64,000 nucleotides of DNA from Myxococcota bacterium (GCA_965223705.1 OZ245015.1:4192001-4256000), one strand, 5' to 3'; positions 1 through 10,180 are shown, counted from the stretch's first letter. The notes: generated from the sequence alone by a model not told the origin. Made by a program: numbers and translations.

Positions 1-39
1 GAGCAGGACAATCGAACATGTTGCGCCGAAGTTGCGCAT
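1..39 (-). CDS. Partial CDS running off the window edge, possibly with a signal peptide (MRNFGATCSIVLL...)
   Basis: ATG at 39 on the minus strand with GGGAGG 6 nt upstream; same direction as the crotonase gene. Confidence 0.4.
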   Translation of the reverse strand, partial: MRNFGATCSIVLL

Positions 40-106
40 CGGAGACCTCCCCACCGGAGCCGGGTGATGCCTGTGTATCGGCGCGACGCGGAAGTCAGTG
101 AAGCCG

Positions 107-961
107 CTAGCTCTCGAAAGGCGGCTCCTGCCACCAGGGGTAGAACGAGGGCAGGTCCCGGCTCACGCGGGACGGAAACGCCGGAGGCCGTTTTTCGAGG
201 AAGCTCGTCACGCCCTCTCGGGCGTCTGCGCCGCGTCCGAGCTCGTAGATGGCCTTCGAATCGACGCGGTGGGCGTCCATGGGATGATCTTCGCCGAGCA
301 TCTTCCAGAGCATTTGCCGCGCGACGCACACGGAGACGGCGCTCGTGTTTCCCGCGCAGGAGGCAGCGAGTCGGCGCGCTGTCGGGAGCAACGCGTCGGG
401 CGCAACCACGCGAGAGACGAGGCCGCCGCGAAGCGCATCCTCCGCCGGGAACACCTCCCCGGTCATTACCCATTCCATCGCTTGGCTGATTCCGACGACA
501 CGCGGAAGAAACCACGAACTGCAGGCCTCGGGCACCAGTCCGCGGCGCGCGAAGACAAAGCCGAACCGCGCCGCGTCGGAAGCGATCCGAACGTCCATCG
601 GCAGCGTCATCGTGACGCCGACCCCGACGGCCGGACCGTTGATCGCCGCGATGAGCGGCTTCTTCGCGTTGAAGAGGCGCAGCGTGAGAATGCCGCCGCC
701 GTCGCGATGCTCTTCCAAACGCGTCGTCTTCGACGAATTGAAGGTTTCGCCGCCCTTCCCGAGATCGGCCCCGGCGCAAAAGCCGCGCCCCGCGCCGGTG
801 AAGATCGCCACGCGAACTTCGTCATCTTCGTCGATGCGATCGATCACATCGAGAAGTTCGTCGAGCATCTGCCCGTTGAAGGCGTTCAGCCGGTCGGGAC
901 GGGAGAGTGTCACGGTGAGAATATTGTCTTCGCATTGAACGTCGAGTGTTTCGTAACCCAT
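107..961 (-). CDS. Enoyl-CoA hydratase/crotonase family protein
   Basis: FCAGADL and AINGPAVGVG oxyanion motifs, RRGLVPEACSS, C-terminal EGVTSFLEKRPP; start trimmed to MGYETL. Confidence 0.93.
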   Translation of the reverse strand: MGYETLDVQCEDNILTVTLSRPDRLNAFNGQMLDELLDVIDRIDEDDEVRVAIFTGAGRGFCAGADLGKGGETFNSSKTTRLEEHRDGGGILTLRLFNAKKPLIAAINGPAVGVGVTMTLPMDVRIASDAARFGFVFARRGLVPEACSSWFLPRVVGISQAMEWVMTGEVFPAEDALRGGLVSRVVAPDALLPTARRLAASCAGNTSAVSVCVARQMLWKMLGEDHPMDAHRVDSKAIYELGRGADAREGVTSFLEKRPPAFPSRVSRDLPSFYPWWQEPPFES

Positions 962-1052
962 GGAGCTCCTTCGCAAATCGAGAACGTAACCCGATCGCCT
1001 TTCGCAATGTCGCGGAAGTCGGCGTACACTGTGCCGCCTTTTGGGGAGCTCG

Positions 1053-2021
1053 ATGAACAGCGCACCTGATCTCGGCGCGACGCAGAGGCACGATCCCGGC
1101 CGCGACGCGTTCCTTGCCGACGCGACCGAAGGACTGACAGCGAACCCTAAGACCCTGCCATGTAAGTACTTTTACGACGAGGAGGGCTCGCGCCTCTTCG
1201 ACGAGATCTGCGAGCTCGACGCGTACTATCCGACGCGTACCGAGCTCCGCATCATGCGCGACGCGGCCGCCGAAATCGCGCAGGAACTCGGCGAATCGGT
1301 GCGACTGGTCGAGTACGGAAGCGGCAGCAGCATCAAAACGCGCATCCTCCTCGATCACTTGCGCGACCCGGCCGCCTACGTCCCGGTCGATATTTCCGCA
1401 GAGCACTTGACCCGGTCGGCGGCGGAACTGTCTCGCCTCTATCCCGGGCTGCGTGTCCTCCCGGTATGCGCCGATTTCACGCGACCGTTCCCGCTTCCCG
1501 AAGTGCCCGGGACCCGGCGAACCGTCGTTTATTTTCCCGGCTCGACCATCGGAAATTTTTCCCCGGTGGAGGCGGGGAAATTTCTCCGAGGCATCGCGGA
1601 CCTGTGCGGTACAGGAGGCGGACTCCTCATCGGCGTCGATCTCGTCAAGGACCGCACGATTCTCGAGCGCGCGTACAACGACGAAGAAGGCGTCACCGCC
1701 GCGTTCAACCTCAACCTTCTCGAGCGCATGAATCGAGAGCTGGGCTCGGATTTCTCCCTGCCCGATTTCCTTCACGTCGCGCGTTGGAACGCGGACGAGA
1801 GTCGGATCGAAATGCATCTCACGAGCGAGCGTGACCAGCAAGTCACTCTGGGAAATCACGCCATCTCGTTCGCGAAGGGCGAGACAATTCACACCGAGTC
1901 TTCCTACAAATACCGCGTGGAGGATTTCGAAGCGCTCGCTGCGAACGCGGGCTTCCGTCCCGCGAAGCTCTGGACCGACGAACGCGACTGGTTCAGCGTC
2001 CAGCTCTTCACCGTCGCCTGA
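1053..2021 (+). CDS. egtD: L-histidine N-alpha-methyltransferase (ergothioneine biosynthesis)
   Basis: LPCKYFYDEEGSRLFDEIC, YYPTRTE, EYGSGSSIKT, PGSTIGNF, AYNDEEGVTAAFNLN, IEMHL, HTESSYKY. Confidence 0.93.
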   Translation: MNSAPDLGATQRHDPGRDAFLADATEGLTANPKTLPCKYFYDEEGSRLFDEICELDAYYPTRTELRIMRDAAAEIAQELGESVRLVEYGSGSSIKTRILLDHLRDPAAYVPVDISAEHLTRSAAELSRLYPGLRVLPVCADFTRPFPLPEVPGTRRTVVYFPGSTIGNFSPVEAGKFLRGIADLCGTGGGLLIGVDLVKDRTILERAYNDEEGVTAAFNLNLLERMNRELGSDFSLPDFLHVARWNADESRIEMHLTSERDQQVTLGNHAISFAKGETIHTESSYKYRVEDFEALAANAGFRPAKLWTDERDWFSVQLFTVA

Positions 2022-2027
2022 GCGACC

Positions 2028-2501
2028 GTGCGCGTTCTCTACTTCGCGTACGGATCAAACATGAAGACCGAGCGCATTGCCGACCGCGTCCCGTCGGTGA
2101 CCCCGCTCGGCTGCGCACAGCTCGATCACTACCGCCTTGTGATGAACAAGCGCGGGAGAGACGGCTCGGCCAAAGCCAACATCGAAGTGGCTCGCGATGA
2201 AGCGGTATTCGGCGTGGTGTTTGCCCTGGATACCGACGATTGGACCACCCTCGACGCATTCGAACGCGGCTACACACGACGCGAGATCGAGGTCACGGTG
2301 GCGGAGGATCGGCGCGTCGTCACGACCTATTGCTGCGAAGATCCGACGTTCCTGACCCGCGAGCCGATCGCCTACGACTGGTACGTCGAACTCATGCGAG
2401 ACGGTGCGAAGCAACACGGCCTGCCCGCGTGGTATCGGGAGCGCCTCGCCGGGTTGCCATCACAACCCGATCCCGACGACCGTGTCGAAAAGCGACGCTG
2501 A
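2028..2501 (+). CDS. Gamma-glutamylcyclotransferase family protein (GGCT/AIG2-like)
   Basis: YFAYGSNM signature, VFGVVF, LDAFE-GY catalytic Glu region; starts 6 nt after egtD. Confidence 0.88.
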   Translation: MRVLYFAYGSNMKTERIADRVPSVTPLGCAQLDHYRLVMNKRGRDGSAKANIEVARDEAVFGVVFALDTDDWTTLDAFERGYTRREIEVTVAEDRRVVTTYCCEDPTFLTREPIAYDWYVELMRDGAKQHGLPAWYRERLAGLPSQPDPDDRVEKRR

Positions 2502-2504
2502 CGC

Positions 2505-3089
2505 TCAGTGAGCCAGGTTGGCGCCGAACTCGGGCATCGCCCCTGCGTGGGCCGTCTCGGTCCATCGTGCGAGGCGGCCATTGTCCATTTCCCAGAACTG
2601 GCCGCAGGCGTCGAGGTATTCGATCACGGCATCGACCTCTCCCTGTTCGAGGAGGGCCTCGGCCAGGAACATCGTCGGCCCGAACGTATCGAGCTGGGGG
2701 GAGCCGGGGCTCTTGCCGGCGGCGATCAGTTCTTCGCGCGCGCGTCCGACGTCGCCCCGTTCGAGAGCCACCCAACCCCGCACGACGTGGCCGTCGTGAA
2801 CGGCGTTGCCGTAGTTCCAGTTGTTCGGAAACTCGGGCGCCAGAGCGAGCAGTTCGTCCGATAGTGCTTCCGCCTCGCGAGTGTTCCCGGAACGAGCCGC
2901 GTGTTTTGCGAGCTCCGGCAGTGCGTAGAATCGCTCCAGCGTCTTCGAAGTGAAGATCGAATCGGGATTCCAACTGTTCGGGCCGGCCGCCCACCAGAAG
3001 TTCGCAGCCAGCGCCGCCGCCGCGACGACGGCGACCGCCCCGGCGCCGCACAGGAGGCGTCGCAGCAGTTTCGCGACCGGGATGGCCAT
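2505..3089 (-). CDS. Membrane-anchored or secreted TPR-like protein
   Basis: Hydrophobic N-terminus, then helical TPR-like segments (GNTREAEALSDELL, GDVGRAREELIAAG, GEVDAVIEYLDAC); start set at MAIPVAK. Confidence 0.7.
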   Translation of the reverse strand: MAIPVAKLLRRLLCGAGAVAVVAAAALAANFWWAAGPNSWNPDSIFTSKTLERFYALPELAKHAARSGNTREAEALSDELLALAPEFPNNWNYGNAVHDGHVVRGWVALERGDVGRAREELIAAGKSPGSPQLDTFGPTMFLAEALLEQGEVDAVIEYLDACGQFWEMDNGRLARWTETAHAGAMPEFGANLAH

Positions 3090-3098
3090 AGGGCGTGG

Positions 3099-3124
3099 AT
3101 CGGCGTCCCCGCCGACGGGCTTGA
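3099..3124 (-). promoter_or_regulatory. Putative sigma28/FliA-like promoter
   Basis: Minus strand TCAAG-N15-GCCGAT, 9 nt before ATG 3089. Confidence 0.55.
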
Positions 3125-3144
3125 CCTGCAGACCGAGGCAGGTC

Positions 3145-5040
3145 CTAGCCGTCGGCGAGGCCCAGCGACTTGAGGCTGATGCGAATTTCGTCGAGGATCG
3201 CGGGATCGTCGATGGTCGCCGGCATCTTGAACGGCTCGCTGTCGGCAATTCGCCGCATCGTTCCGCGCAAGATTTTCCCCGATCGGGTCTTGGGCAAGCG
3301 CTCGACGACGCACGCGGTCTTGAACGCGGCGACCGGGCCGATGGTTGTCCGAACCATCGAAACGAGCTCGTTGACCACATCCTCGTGGCTGCGATCGACG
3401 CCGGCCTTCAGAACGACGAAGCCGACGGGCACCTGGCCTTTCAGGGAATCGGCCACGCCGATGACAGCGCACTCCGCTACGTCGGGATGGCCGGCGAGAA
3501 CCTCTTCCATTCCCCCGGTCGAGAGACGATGTCCGGCGACATTGATGATGTCGTCCGTGCGACTCATGATCCAGACGTAACCGTCCTCGTCGATGTGGCC
3601 CGCGTCCGCAGTTTCGTAGTAACCGGGGAAACGCTCGAGATACGATCGTTTGAAGCCTTCGTCGTTGTTCCAGAGCGTGGGCAAGCACCCGGGCGGAAGC
3701 GGCAGCCGGACCACGATCGCTCCGGTTTCGCCGGCCGGCACTTCTGCCCCGCCCTCGTCGAGCACGCGCACGTCGTACCCTGGAACGGGTCGTGTCGGGG
3801 AGCCGTGCTTCACGGGGAGTGGCTCGATGCCCATGCAGTTCGCCACGATGGGCCAGCCGGTTTCCGTCTGCCACCAATGATCGATGACCGGGACTCCGAG
3901 AGCGTTCTCCGCCCACTGGACCGTGTCGGGATCGGCCCGTTCGCCCGCGAGAAACAGCGTACGCAGGCACGACAGATCGTAGTTCTCGATGTGGGTCGCG
4001 CGCGGGTCCTCGCGCTTGATCGCGCGGAAGGCCGTGGGCGCGGTGAACAACGCGTTGACCTTGTGTTCGGAAATGACACGCCAGAAGGCTCCGGCGTCCG
4101 GCGTTCCGACGGGCTTGCCCTCGTAGAGAATCGTGGTGCAACCGAGAAACAACGGGGCGTACACGATGTAGGAGTGACCGACGACCCAGCCGATGTCGGA
4201 GGCCGCCCAGAACACGTCACCGGGTGACATGCCGTAGATGTGCGAAAGGCTCAAGCGGAGCGCCACGGCGTGCCCGCCGTTGTCGCGCACGACTCCTTTC
4301 GGAACGCCCGTCGTGCCGGACGTGTAGAGAACGTAGAGCGGATCCGTCGCGGCGACCGGTGTGCACGGCACCTCTTCGGCCTCTTCGAGGGTTGCGAAAG
4401 CAACGTCGTCACCACCGAGGGTGACGGATTGCTCGGGGCGCTCGTGCCAAACGCAAAACGCCGGCTTGTGCTGCGCCAACTCGACGGCTCCGCGCAGCAG
4501 TGGCTCGTAGGGGATGACCCGATCGACTTCGATTCCGCACGACGCGGTGATCATGGCGACCGGTTTCGCGTCGTCGATGCGGGTCGCGAGCTCGTTCGAC
4601 GCGAAGCCGCCGAAGACGACGGAATGCACGGCGCCGAGGCGCGCACACGCGAGCATGGCGATCGCAGCTTCGGGAACCATGGGCATGTAGATCAGCACGC
4701 GGTCCCCTTTCGACACACCGCGCGCTGCCAGTCCGCCGGCGAACCGAGCGACGCGCGCGAGCAACGTCGCGTAGGTGATGACCTGCTGCGTGCCCGTGAC
4801 CGGGCTGTCGTAAATGAGCGCCGCCTGCTCGCCCCGGCCTTCCGCGACGTGCCGATCGAGCGCGTTCGCACACGTGTTGAGCTGACCGTCCGGAAACCAG
4901 CGGTAGAGGGGTGCCGCGCTGTCGTCGAGAATGCGCGTCGGTGCGCGCTCCCAGCGAATGTCGCGCGCGGCTTCCGCCCAATACCCTTCGGGATCTTCCT
5001 GGGCTCTCGCGTACAGATCGGTGTAACGGGTCTCTGCCAT
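3145..5040 (-). CDS. prpE: Propionyl-CoA synthetase (acetate/propionate-CoA ligase)
   Basis: YTSGTTGVPKGVVRDNGGH, DHWWQTETG, RTDDIINVAGHRLS, LPKTRSGKILR. Confidence 0.88.
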   Translation of the reverse strand: MAETRYTDLYARAQEDPEGYWAEAARDIRWERAPTRILDDSAAPLYRWFPDGQLNTCANALDRHVAEGRGEQAALIYDSPVTGTQQVITYATLLARVARFAGGLAARGVSKGDRVLIYMPMVPEAAIAMLACARLGAVHSVVFGGFASNELATRIDDAKPVAMITASCGIEVDRVIPYEPLLRGAVELAQHKPAFCVWHERPEQSVTLGGDDVAFATLEEAEEVPCTPVAATDPLYVLYTSGTTGVPKGVVRDNGGHAVALRLSLSHIYGMSPGDVFWAASDIGWVVGHSYIVYAPLFLGCTTILYEGKPVGTPDAGAFWRVISEHKVNALFTAPTAFRAIKREDPRATHIENYDLSCLRTLFLAGERADPDTVQWAENALGVPVIDHWWQTETGWPIVANCMGIEPLPVKHGSPTRPVPGYDVRVLDEGGAEVPAGETGAIVVRLPLPPGCLPTLWNNDEGFKRSYLERFPGYYETADAGHIDEDGYVWIMSRTDDIINVAGHRLSTGGMEEVLAGHPDVAECAVIGVADSLKGQVPVGFVVLKAGVDRSHEDVVNELVSMVRTTIGPVAAFKTACVVERLPKTRSGKILRGTMRRIADSEPFKMPATIDDPAILDEIRISLKSLGLADG

Positions 5041-5109
5041 GGGTGCTCTCTCCTGGGCTCGGTACAATAGCTCGCCACCCGCGAACCCCTGCGAACATCC
5101 GAGGCGCCT

Positions 5110-6693
5110 TTGTCAGCGGACGACCACGCCGATCGAAACGGGCCCTGGGCCGACGAGCTCGGCGGAATCGCCGCCCGCCGCCAGCGCGCGGGTGAGCTCG
5201 GCGGTCGGGAAGCCGTCGAAGCGCGCCGCGTGAAGGGTCGACTCACCGTCCGAGATCGAATCGAAGAGATGGTCGATCCCGGCTCTTTCCACGAGCAGGG
5301 GCCGATTGCCGGCCACGGCGAAACCGATGCCGAGGGTCGACTCACGGATTTCGCGCCCGCGAACTACGTCCTCGGTCTGGCCAAGCTCGACGGACGGCCC
5401 TGCGTCGTCGGCGGCGAAGATTTCACACAACGCGGGGGCTCGCCGTCTCCCGCGGGCCTTCGCAAGAGTGTCTACGCGGAGAGCCTCGCCGTCCGGATGC
5501 GCGTACCCTTGATCCGCTTTCTCGAGGGCGGCGGAGGAAGTGTCTCCGGGCCCGCGGGCAAGGGGCGACCCGCGGGCGACCCCGTCTTCACCACGCCGCG
5601 GTTTCGGTCCATCGGGCAGATCCTCGGCATCGCGCCGGTTGCCTCGGCCGCATTGGGAGCCGTCGCCGGTTTCCCCGCGGCGCGGCTCGTCGCTTCTCAT
5701 TTCTCGGTCATGACGCGAGAGAACTCGCAGGTCATGATCGGCGGCCCGGCGTTGGTTGCACGCGCGCTCGGCGAGAGCTTGACCAAGGACGAGCTCGGCG
5801 GTGCGAAAGTCCACGCGAGAAGTGGCGTCGTCGACAACATCGCGGAGGACGAACACGACGCGTTCGCGCAGATGCGCCGCTTTCTCTCCTACATGCCGAC
5901 GAACGTTTCGGAGCTTCCACCGGTGGTGCCGTGCGAAGACGACACGGAGCGCACCATTCCAGAGCTGCGCGCGCTGGTTCCTCGGGATCGGCGCAAGGTC
6001 TACGACACCCGCCGCTTGCTTCGTTCGGTCCTCGACCGCGATACGGTGTTCGAACTCACGCCGCACTTCGGGCGTTCCCAGGTAACCGCGTTGGCGCGCC
6101 TCGGCGGCCGCGCGGTGGGCGTACTCGCGAACGACTGTCGCTTCTACGCCGGTGCGATGACCGCCGACGGCGCGCAGAAAGTGCGCCGCTTCGTCGATCT
6201 GTGCGACACCTTTCATCTACCCATCGTGAGCTTCGTCGACGAACCGGGCTTCATGATCGGGCCGGATTCCGAGCGCGATGCGACCATCCGCCACGGCGCG
6301 GCCGCCCTGTTCGCTGTTCAGCAATCGCGCGTCCCGTGGATCAGCGTCGTCGTCCGGAAGTCCTACGGCGTCGCAGCGGCGGCCCACTACGGACCGGACG
6401 GGATCGTCCTGGCGTGGCCGTCCGCCGAATCGGGCGCCCTCCCCCTGGAAGGCGGTATCGCGGTGGCCTATCGGCGCGAGATTGCGGACGCCGACGATCC
6501 CGCCGCGAAACGCGCCGAGCTGGAAGAGAGCTGGGCGTCCAAGCGCTCGCCCTTTCCGCGCGCCGAAGCGTTCGCCGTGCACGACCTGATCGATCCCGCC
6601 GACACGCGCCGCGAGTTGTGTCGCTGGATCGATTGGCACGCGCCTCTCCTGAACGAGCTCCTGGGACCCGCCAGCTACACCTATCGCCCTTGA
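5110..6693 (+). CDS. Acyl-CoA carboxylase carboxyltransferase (beta) subunit
   Basis: GRLTVRDRI, DFTQRGGS, ELGGAKVHARSGVVD, FVDLCDTFHLPIVSFVDEPGFMIG. Confidence 0.9.
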   Translation: MSADDHADRNGPWADELGGIAARRQRAGELGGREAVEARRVKGRLTVRDRIEEMVDPGSFHEQGPIAGHGETDAEGRLTDFAPANYVLGLAKLDGRPCVVGGEDFTQRGGSPSPAGLRKSVYAESLAVRMRVPLIRFLEGGGGSVSGPAGKGRPAGDPVFTTPRFRSIGQILGIAPVASAALGAVAGFPAARLVASHFSVMTRENSQVMIGGPALVARALGESLTKDELGGAKVHARSGVVDNIAEDEHDAFAQMRRFLSYMPTNVSELPPVVPCEDDTERTIPELRALVPRDRRKVYDTRRLLRSVLDRDTVFELTPHFGRSQVTALARLGGRAVGVLANDCRFYAGAMTADGAQKVRRFVDLCDTFHLPIVSFVDEPGFMIGPDSERDATIRHGAAALFAVQQSRVPWISVVVRKSYGVAAAAHYGPDGIVLAWPSAESGALPLEGGIAVAYRREIADADDPAAKRAELEESWASKRSPFPRAEAFAVHDLIDPADTRRELCRWIDWHAPLLNELLGPASYTYRP

Positions 6694-6694
6694 C

Positions 6695-9600
6695 TCAGCT
6701 CGCGAACAGATCGAGTTGCGACGCGGCGACGCGACCGGTCTCCGCCGACAACCTCGTGACGGTTCCAGTCCGGAGCCACCACAATTCGAAGGGCGGAGAA
6801 TCGGGAAGATTCAACGCCTCGCGGACGGCGCGAACGTAGATGTCACCTTGTCGCCGGTAGGACTCCCCCGCCAGCGACTCGGTACCCGGCTCGACGCGGT
6901 CGGTCTTGAAATCCGCGATGACAATGCGCCCCGACGCATCTCGGTAGACCAGATCGATGGCACCGGCGATCGCCGCGAGCGCCGGATCGTCCGGAGTCGA
7001 CGGGGCGATGATGGGGAGTTCGCGGGCGATGACGTTCGGCAGCAAGGCCTCGAGACGCGCGAACAATGGCCCTTCGATGAAGCCTTCGAGAATCGCCTCG
7101 ACCTCCGCTCGCGCTGCGCGGATCGACTCGGCGGGAAGGTTCGCCTCGAGGTTGTGGCGTGCGGTTCGAACAAGTGCGGTGCGTGCGTCCCGCGGATCGG
7201 CGACGGAACGAATCTCCTCGAGCGCCGCGTGAACCGCTTCGCCGACCGCGAGGGCCTCGGGCCGCGAGAGCGACGCGACCGAGGTCATCGGTTTCTTCAA
7301 CGCCGGCGTTTCGTCGAGCTCCGCGCGCTCGGACGCGATGCCGACCCAAGGCCGCTCCTCTCGCAACGATGCCTCGCGACGACGCGCGAGGACCCGCGCG
7401 TACTCGGTCCGCCAGGCATCGAGTGAGGCGCTCGACACGGGCGCAGGCGGTGGTTTGGAGCTACCGCCCTCGGGCCGCCAAAGCGCGGGAAACGCGAACG
7501 TCCGACCCGGTTCGGCGTCGGAGCGTGCGCCGGAGTCGCGACGCGCTTCGAGCTCCTCGTGGTCGGGGACGTCTCCCATCGCGATCAAGTCCGCGGTCGT
7601 GCGCGCGAAGCGGAGGTCGCTCGCCCGGTCTTTCGGCCAGATGCCCGAGAGCACGAGATCGTTCTTCGCGCGCGTCATCGCGACGTAGAGGAGCCGGACT
7701 TGTTCCGCCGCTTCGTTCGCGTCGCGAATTTCGGCGAGCTCCCAATCAGGCAGGTTCGCGACACCCGCAAACCGCATGCCCGGCGGCTCCCCGGGCCGCG
7801 AGAGGCGGGTCTCGGGCGGCGCGTTTCGGATGCCCCGGTGCGTGCGCAACAGATAGACGCGCTCCCAGTCGAGCCCCTTCGCCGCGTGGATCGTCGAAAG
7901 CGTGACCGCGTTCCCGTCGGCCGGGAGCACCGCTTCCGCTTCCACGTCGTCGGGTCGGGTGAGGATGCGTTCGACTTCGTCGATGACCGCGAGCGGCGTT
8001 CGACTCGATTCCCCCAAGCCTTCCTCAACCAGCGCGAACACGCGCGACAGCTGCTCGACGCGGTGGGAGCCTTGGGACCAACCGGCCGTCATGGCATCGA
8101 GAACGAACACGCGACGCAGACGGTCGAGCCACGGTGCAGGGGGTTCTCGCTCCGCCTTCTCGCGGACGTGCGCGAGCGCGCTCAGAGCAAAACGCAACGA
8201 GTGGGCCCAGTCGGGAAGTGAATCGCCGGCGGCTTCGCGCAGGAGTGCTTCGACACGCCGTTCCGTGTCGGTATCCCACGCGCGCAGGGTGCGCACGAGC
8301 GCGGGCAGGCCCGCCCGAAGCAGCGCCTCGAGTGACGCGTCGGGAACGCCGACCCAAGCCGATCGCAACCAAGTCACCAGCGCGAAACGATCTTCGGAAC
8401 CGATCGCGCAGCGCAGAAGCGCGAGCGCATCGCGAATCTCTCGTCGGGGGACACCCGCCGTCTCCCGCGCGACCTGATAGGGCACGCCGCGGTCGCGCAG
8501 CGCATCGCAGTAGACGTCGAGATCTCCACCGGTTCGGAACAGCAGGGCGATCTCCGACCAGGACGTGCCTTCCGAATGAGCGCGCGCGACGTCCGCCGCG
8601 ACGGCACGCGCCTCGATTCGCGCCGCTTCATCGACGCGGGGGGGACGATCGTTTTCGTCCCATAGGACCCAATGTGCGACCGATCCGGCCTCGCTTTCTT
8701 TCCGGGCCGGAAGGAGACGTTCGAAGGCCGGCTGCCGCCCGGCCTCGGCGCGCATCACCGCGCCGACGATGCGCTCGACCTCGTCGAGCACCCCGGGCAC
8801 CGATCGAAAATTGACGGTCAGCGCGAGGCGCGCGCCTCCTCGAGATCGCAGCTCCTCGGCAAAGGACTCGTACGCTCGGAGATCGGCGGAGCGAAACCCG
8901 TAGATCGACTGTTTGGGGTCGCCGACGACGAAGAGGCCGGGCCGTTCACCACCCGCGGAATCGAACGCCAAGTATCGGAGAATTTCACACTGCACAGGAT
9001 CCGTGTCTTGAAATTCGTCGACGAGAATTTGCTCGAGGCGTCCCTGCCAGTGACGGCGAATGTCGGCGCGCGTTGCGAGCAGAGAGCGGGTTTCGCCGAG
9101 CAGTGCATCGAACGTGACCACACCCCTCGCCCGCAGTCGCTCGGCTGCCTCGGCGGCGAGCGTTGCCAACACACGGCGTGTCGCGTGAAAGCGCTCCGGG
9201 TCGTAGCTCCGCAGCGCTCGCACCCGAGGCAGCAGCGCGGCGGCGGCTCGCGCCAACTGCGAAGCGTCACCGCCCAAGGCGCGCTCCTCGGAGCGCGTCC
9301 AGCGCGCACGAGACCACGCCGACAAACGGGTGACGAATCGGGGCTCCCAGCCCTCCCCGCGCGAAGCCAACACGTCGGCGTCGGGCTGCGCACCTTGACG
9401 TGCGGCTGCAACGAGAGCTGCGGCGACGCTCCCCGGCAGCCCTTCCGCCGCAGCCACGAGCTCGCGACACGCCGAGCGGAACGACTCCGCGAAGGCCGGC
9501 CCGGGATCTTCGCGATCGTCGGCGAGTCGGCGCGGCCCGTCGTCCGCCGCGAGCACGGTCAACAGCGCCTGTTCCAGCTCTTTCGGCCCCACGCCGTGGG

Positions 9601-10180
9601 TCGCGATTCGCCGCCAATCCGGATCGGCGCCTTCCGCGAACGCGCGGGCCAAGCCCTGCTCGATCACCTCGCGGACGACCGAGCGAGCGAGCGAACCATC
9701 GGCGTCGACCAGAAACTCCGGGTGTAGGCGGGCAGCTAGCGGAGCACCGAGGAGGATGCGTCGACAGAACGCGTGGATCGTGCCAACGAAGAAATGCTCG
9801 AAACTCGCGAGCAGCGCCGCGGCTCGCGGGCGCGCATCCTCGAGCCCCTCCGGGACCATGCCCAACGGGATTCGACCCTCGGCTAACGCCGCGAGCGCTT
9901 CGCGTAGACGCTGTGCCATTTCTCCGGCGGAAGCTTCCGTGAACGTGATGGCGACGCAGCCGCGGAGAACGCGCGCCGCGCGGGCGGCGATATCCGCTTC
10001 GGTTTCTCGACTTGCAGCGCGCTCCCAGCCCGGGCCGGTGCACCAGCGAACCAGACGCGCGACGAGGACCGCCGTCTTTCCCGTTCCGGCGCCCGCTTCG
10101 AGGAGAATCGGCGTGGAGAAATCGGCCTCTGCGCGGTGTCGCGCGTCTCGGTCGGCATGGGGTTGTGTGTTCGCGCTCAT
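6695..10180 (-). CDS. addA: AddA/RecB-like UvrD helicase-nuclease
   Basis: EAGAGTGKT, VDEFQD, VGDPKQSIYGFR, TIHAAKGL, LLYVAMTRA, C-terminal PD-(D/E)xK GAIDLV..IADFKT; start MSANTQ overlaps the addB stop (ATGA). Confidence 0.88.
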   Translation of the reverse strand: MSANTQPHADRDARHRAEADFSTPILLEAGAGTGKTAVLVARLVRWCTGPGWERAASRETEADIAARAARVLRGCVAITFTEASAGEMAQRLREALAALAEGRIPLGMVPEGLEDARPRAAALLASFEHFFVGTIHAFCRRILLGAPLAARLHPEFLVDADGSLARSVVREVIEQGLARAFAEGADPDWRRIATHGVGPKELEQALLTVLAADDGPRRLADDREDPGPAFAESFRSACRELVAAAEGLPGSVAAALVAAARQGAQPDADVLASRGEGWEPRFVTRLSAWSRARWTRSEERALGGDASQLARAAAALLPRVRALRSYDPERFHATRRVLATLAAEAAERLRARGVVTFDALLGETRSLLATRADIRRHWQGRLEQILVDEFQDTDPVQCEILRYLAFDSAGGERPGLFVVGDPKQSIYGFRSADLRAYESFAEELRSRGGARLALTVNFRSVPGVLDEVERIVGAVMRAEAGRQPAFERLLPARKESEAGSVAHWVLWDENDRPPRVDEAARIEARAVAADVARAHSEGTSWSEIALLFRTGGDLDVYCDALRDRGVPYQVARETAGVPRREIRDALALLRCAIGSEDRFALVTWLRSAWVGVPDASLEALLRAGLPALVRTLRAWDTDTERRVEALLREAAGDSLPDWAHSLRFALSALAHVREKAEREPPAPWLDRLRRVFVLDAMTAGWSQGSHRVEQLSRVFALVEEGLGESSRTPLAVIDEVERILTRPDDVEAEAVLPADGNAVTLSTIHAAKGLDWERVYLLRTHRGIRNAPPETRLSRPGEPPGMRFAGVANLPDWELAEIRDANEAAEQVRLLYVAMTRAKNDLVLSGIWPKDRASDLRFARTTADLIAMGDVPDHEELEARRDSGARSDAEPGRTFAFPALWRPEGGSSKPPPAPVSSASLDAWRTEYARVLARRREASLREERPWVGIASERAELDETPALKKPMTSVASLSRPEALAVGEAVHAALEEIRSVADPRDARTALVRTARHNLEANLPAESIRAARAEVEAILEGFIEGPLFARLEALLPNVIARELPIIAPSTPDDPALAAIAGAIDLVYRDASGRIVIADFKTDRVEPGTESLAGESYRRQGDIYVRAVREALNLPDSPPFELWWLRTGTVTRLSAETGRVAASQLDLFAS

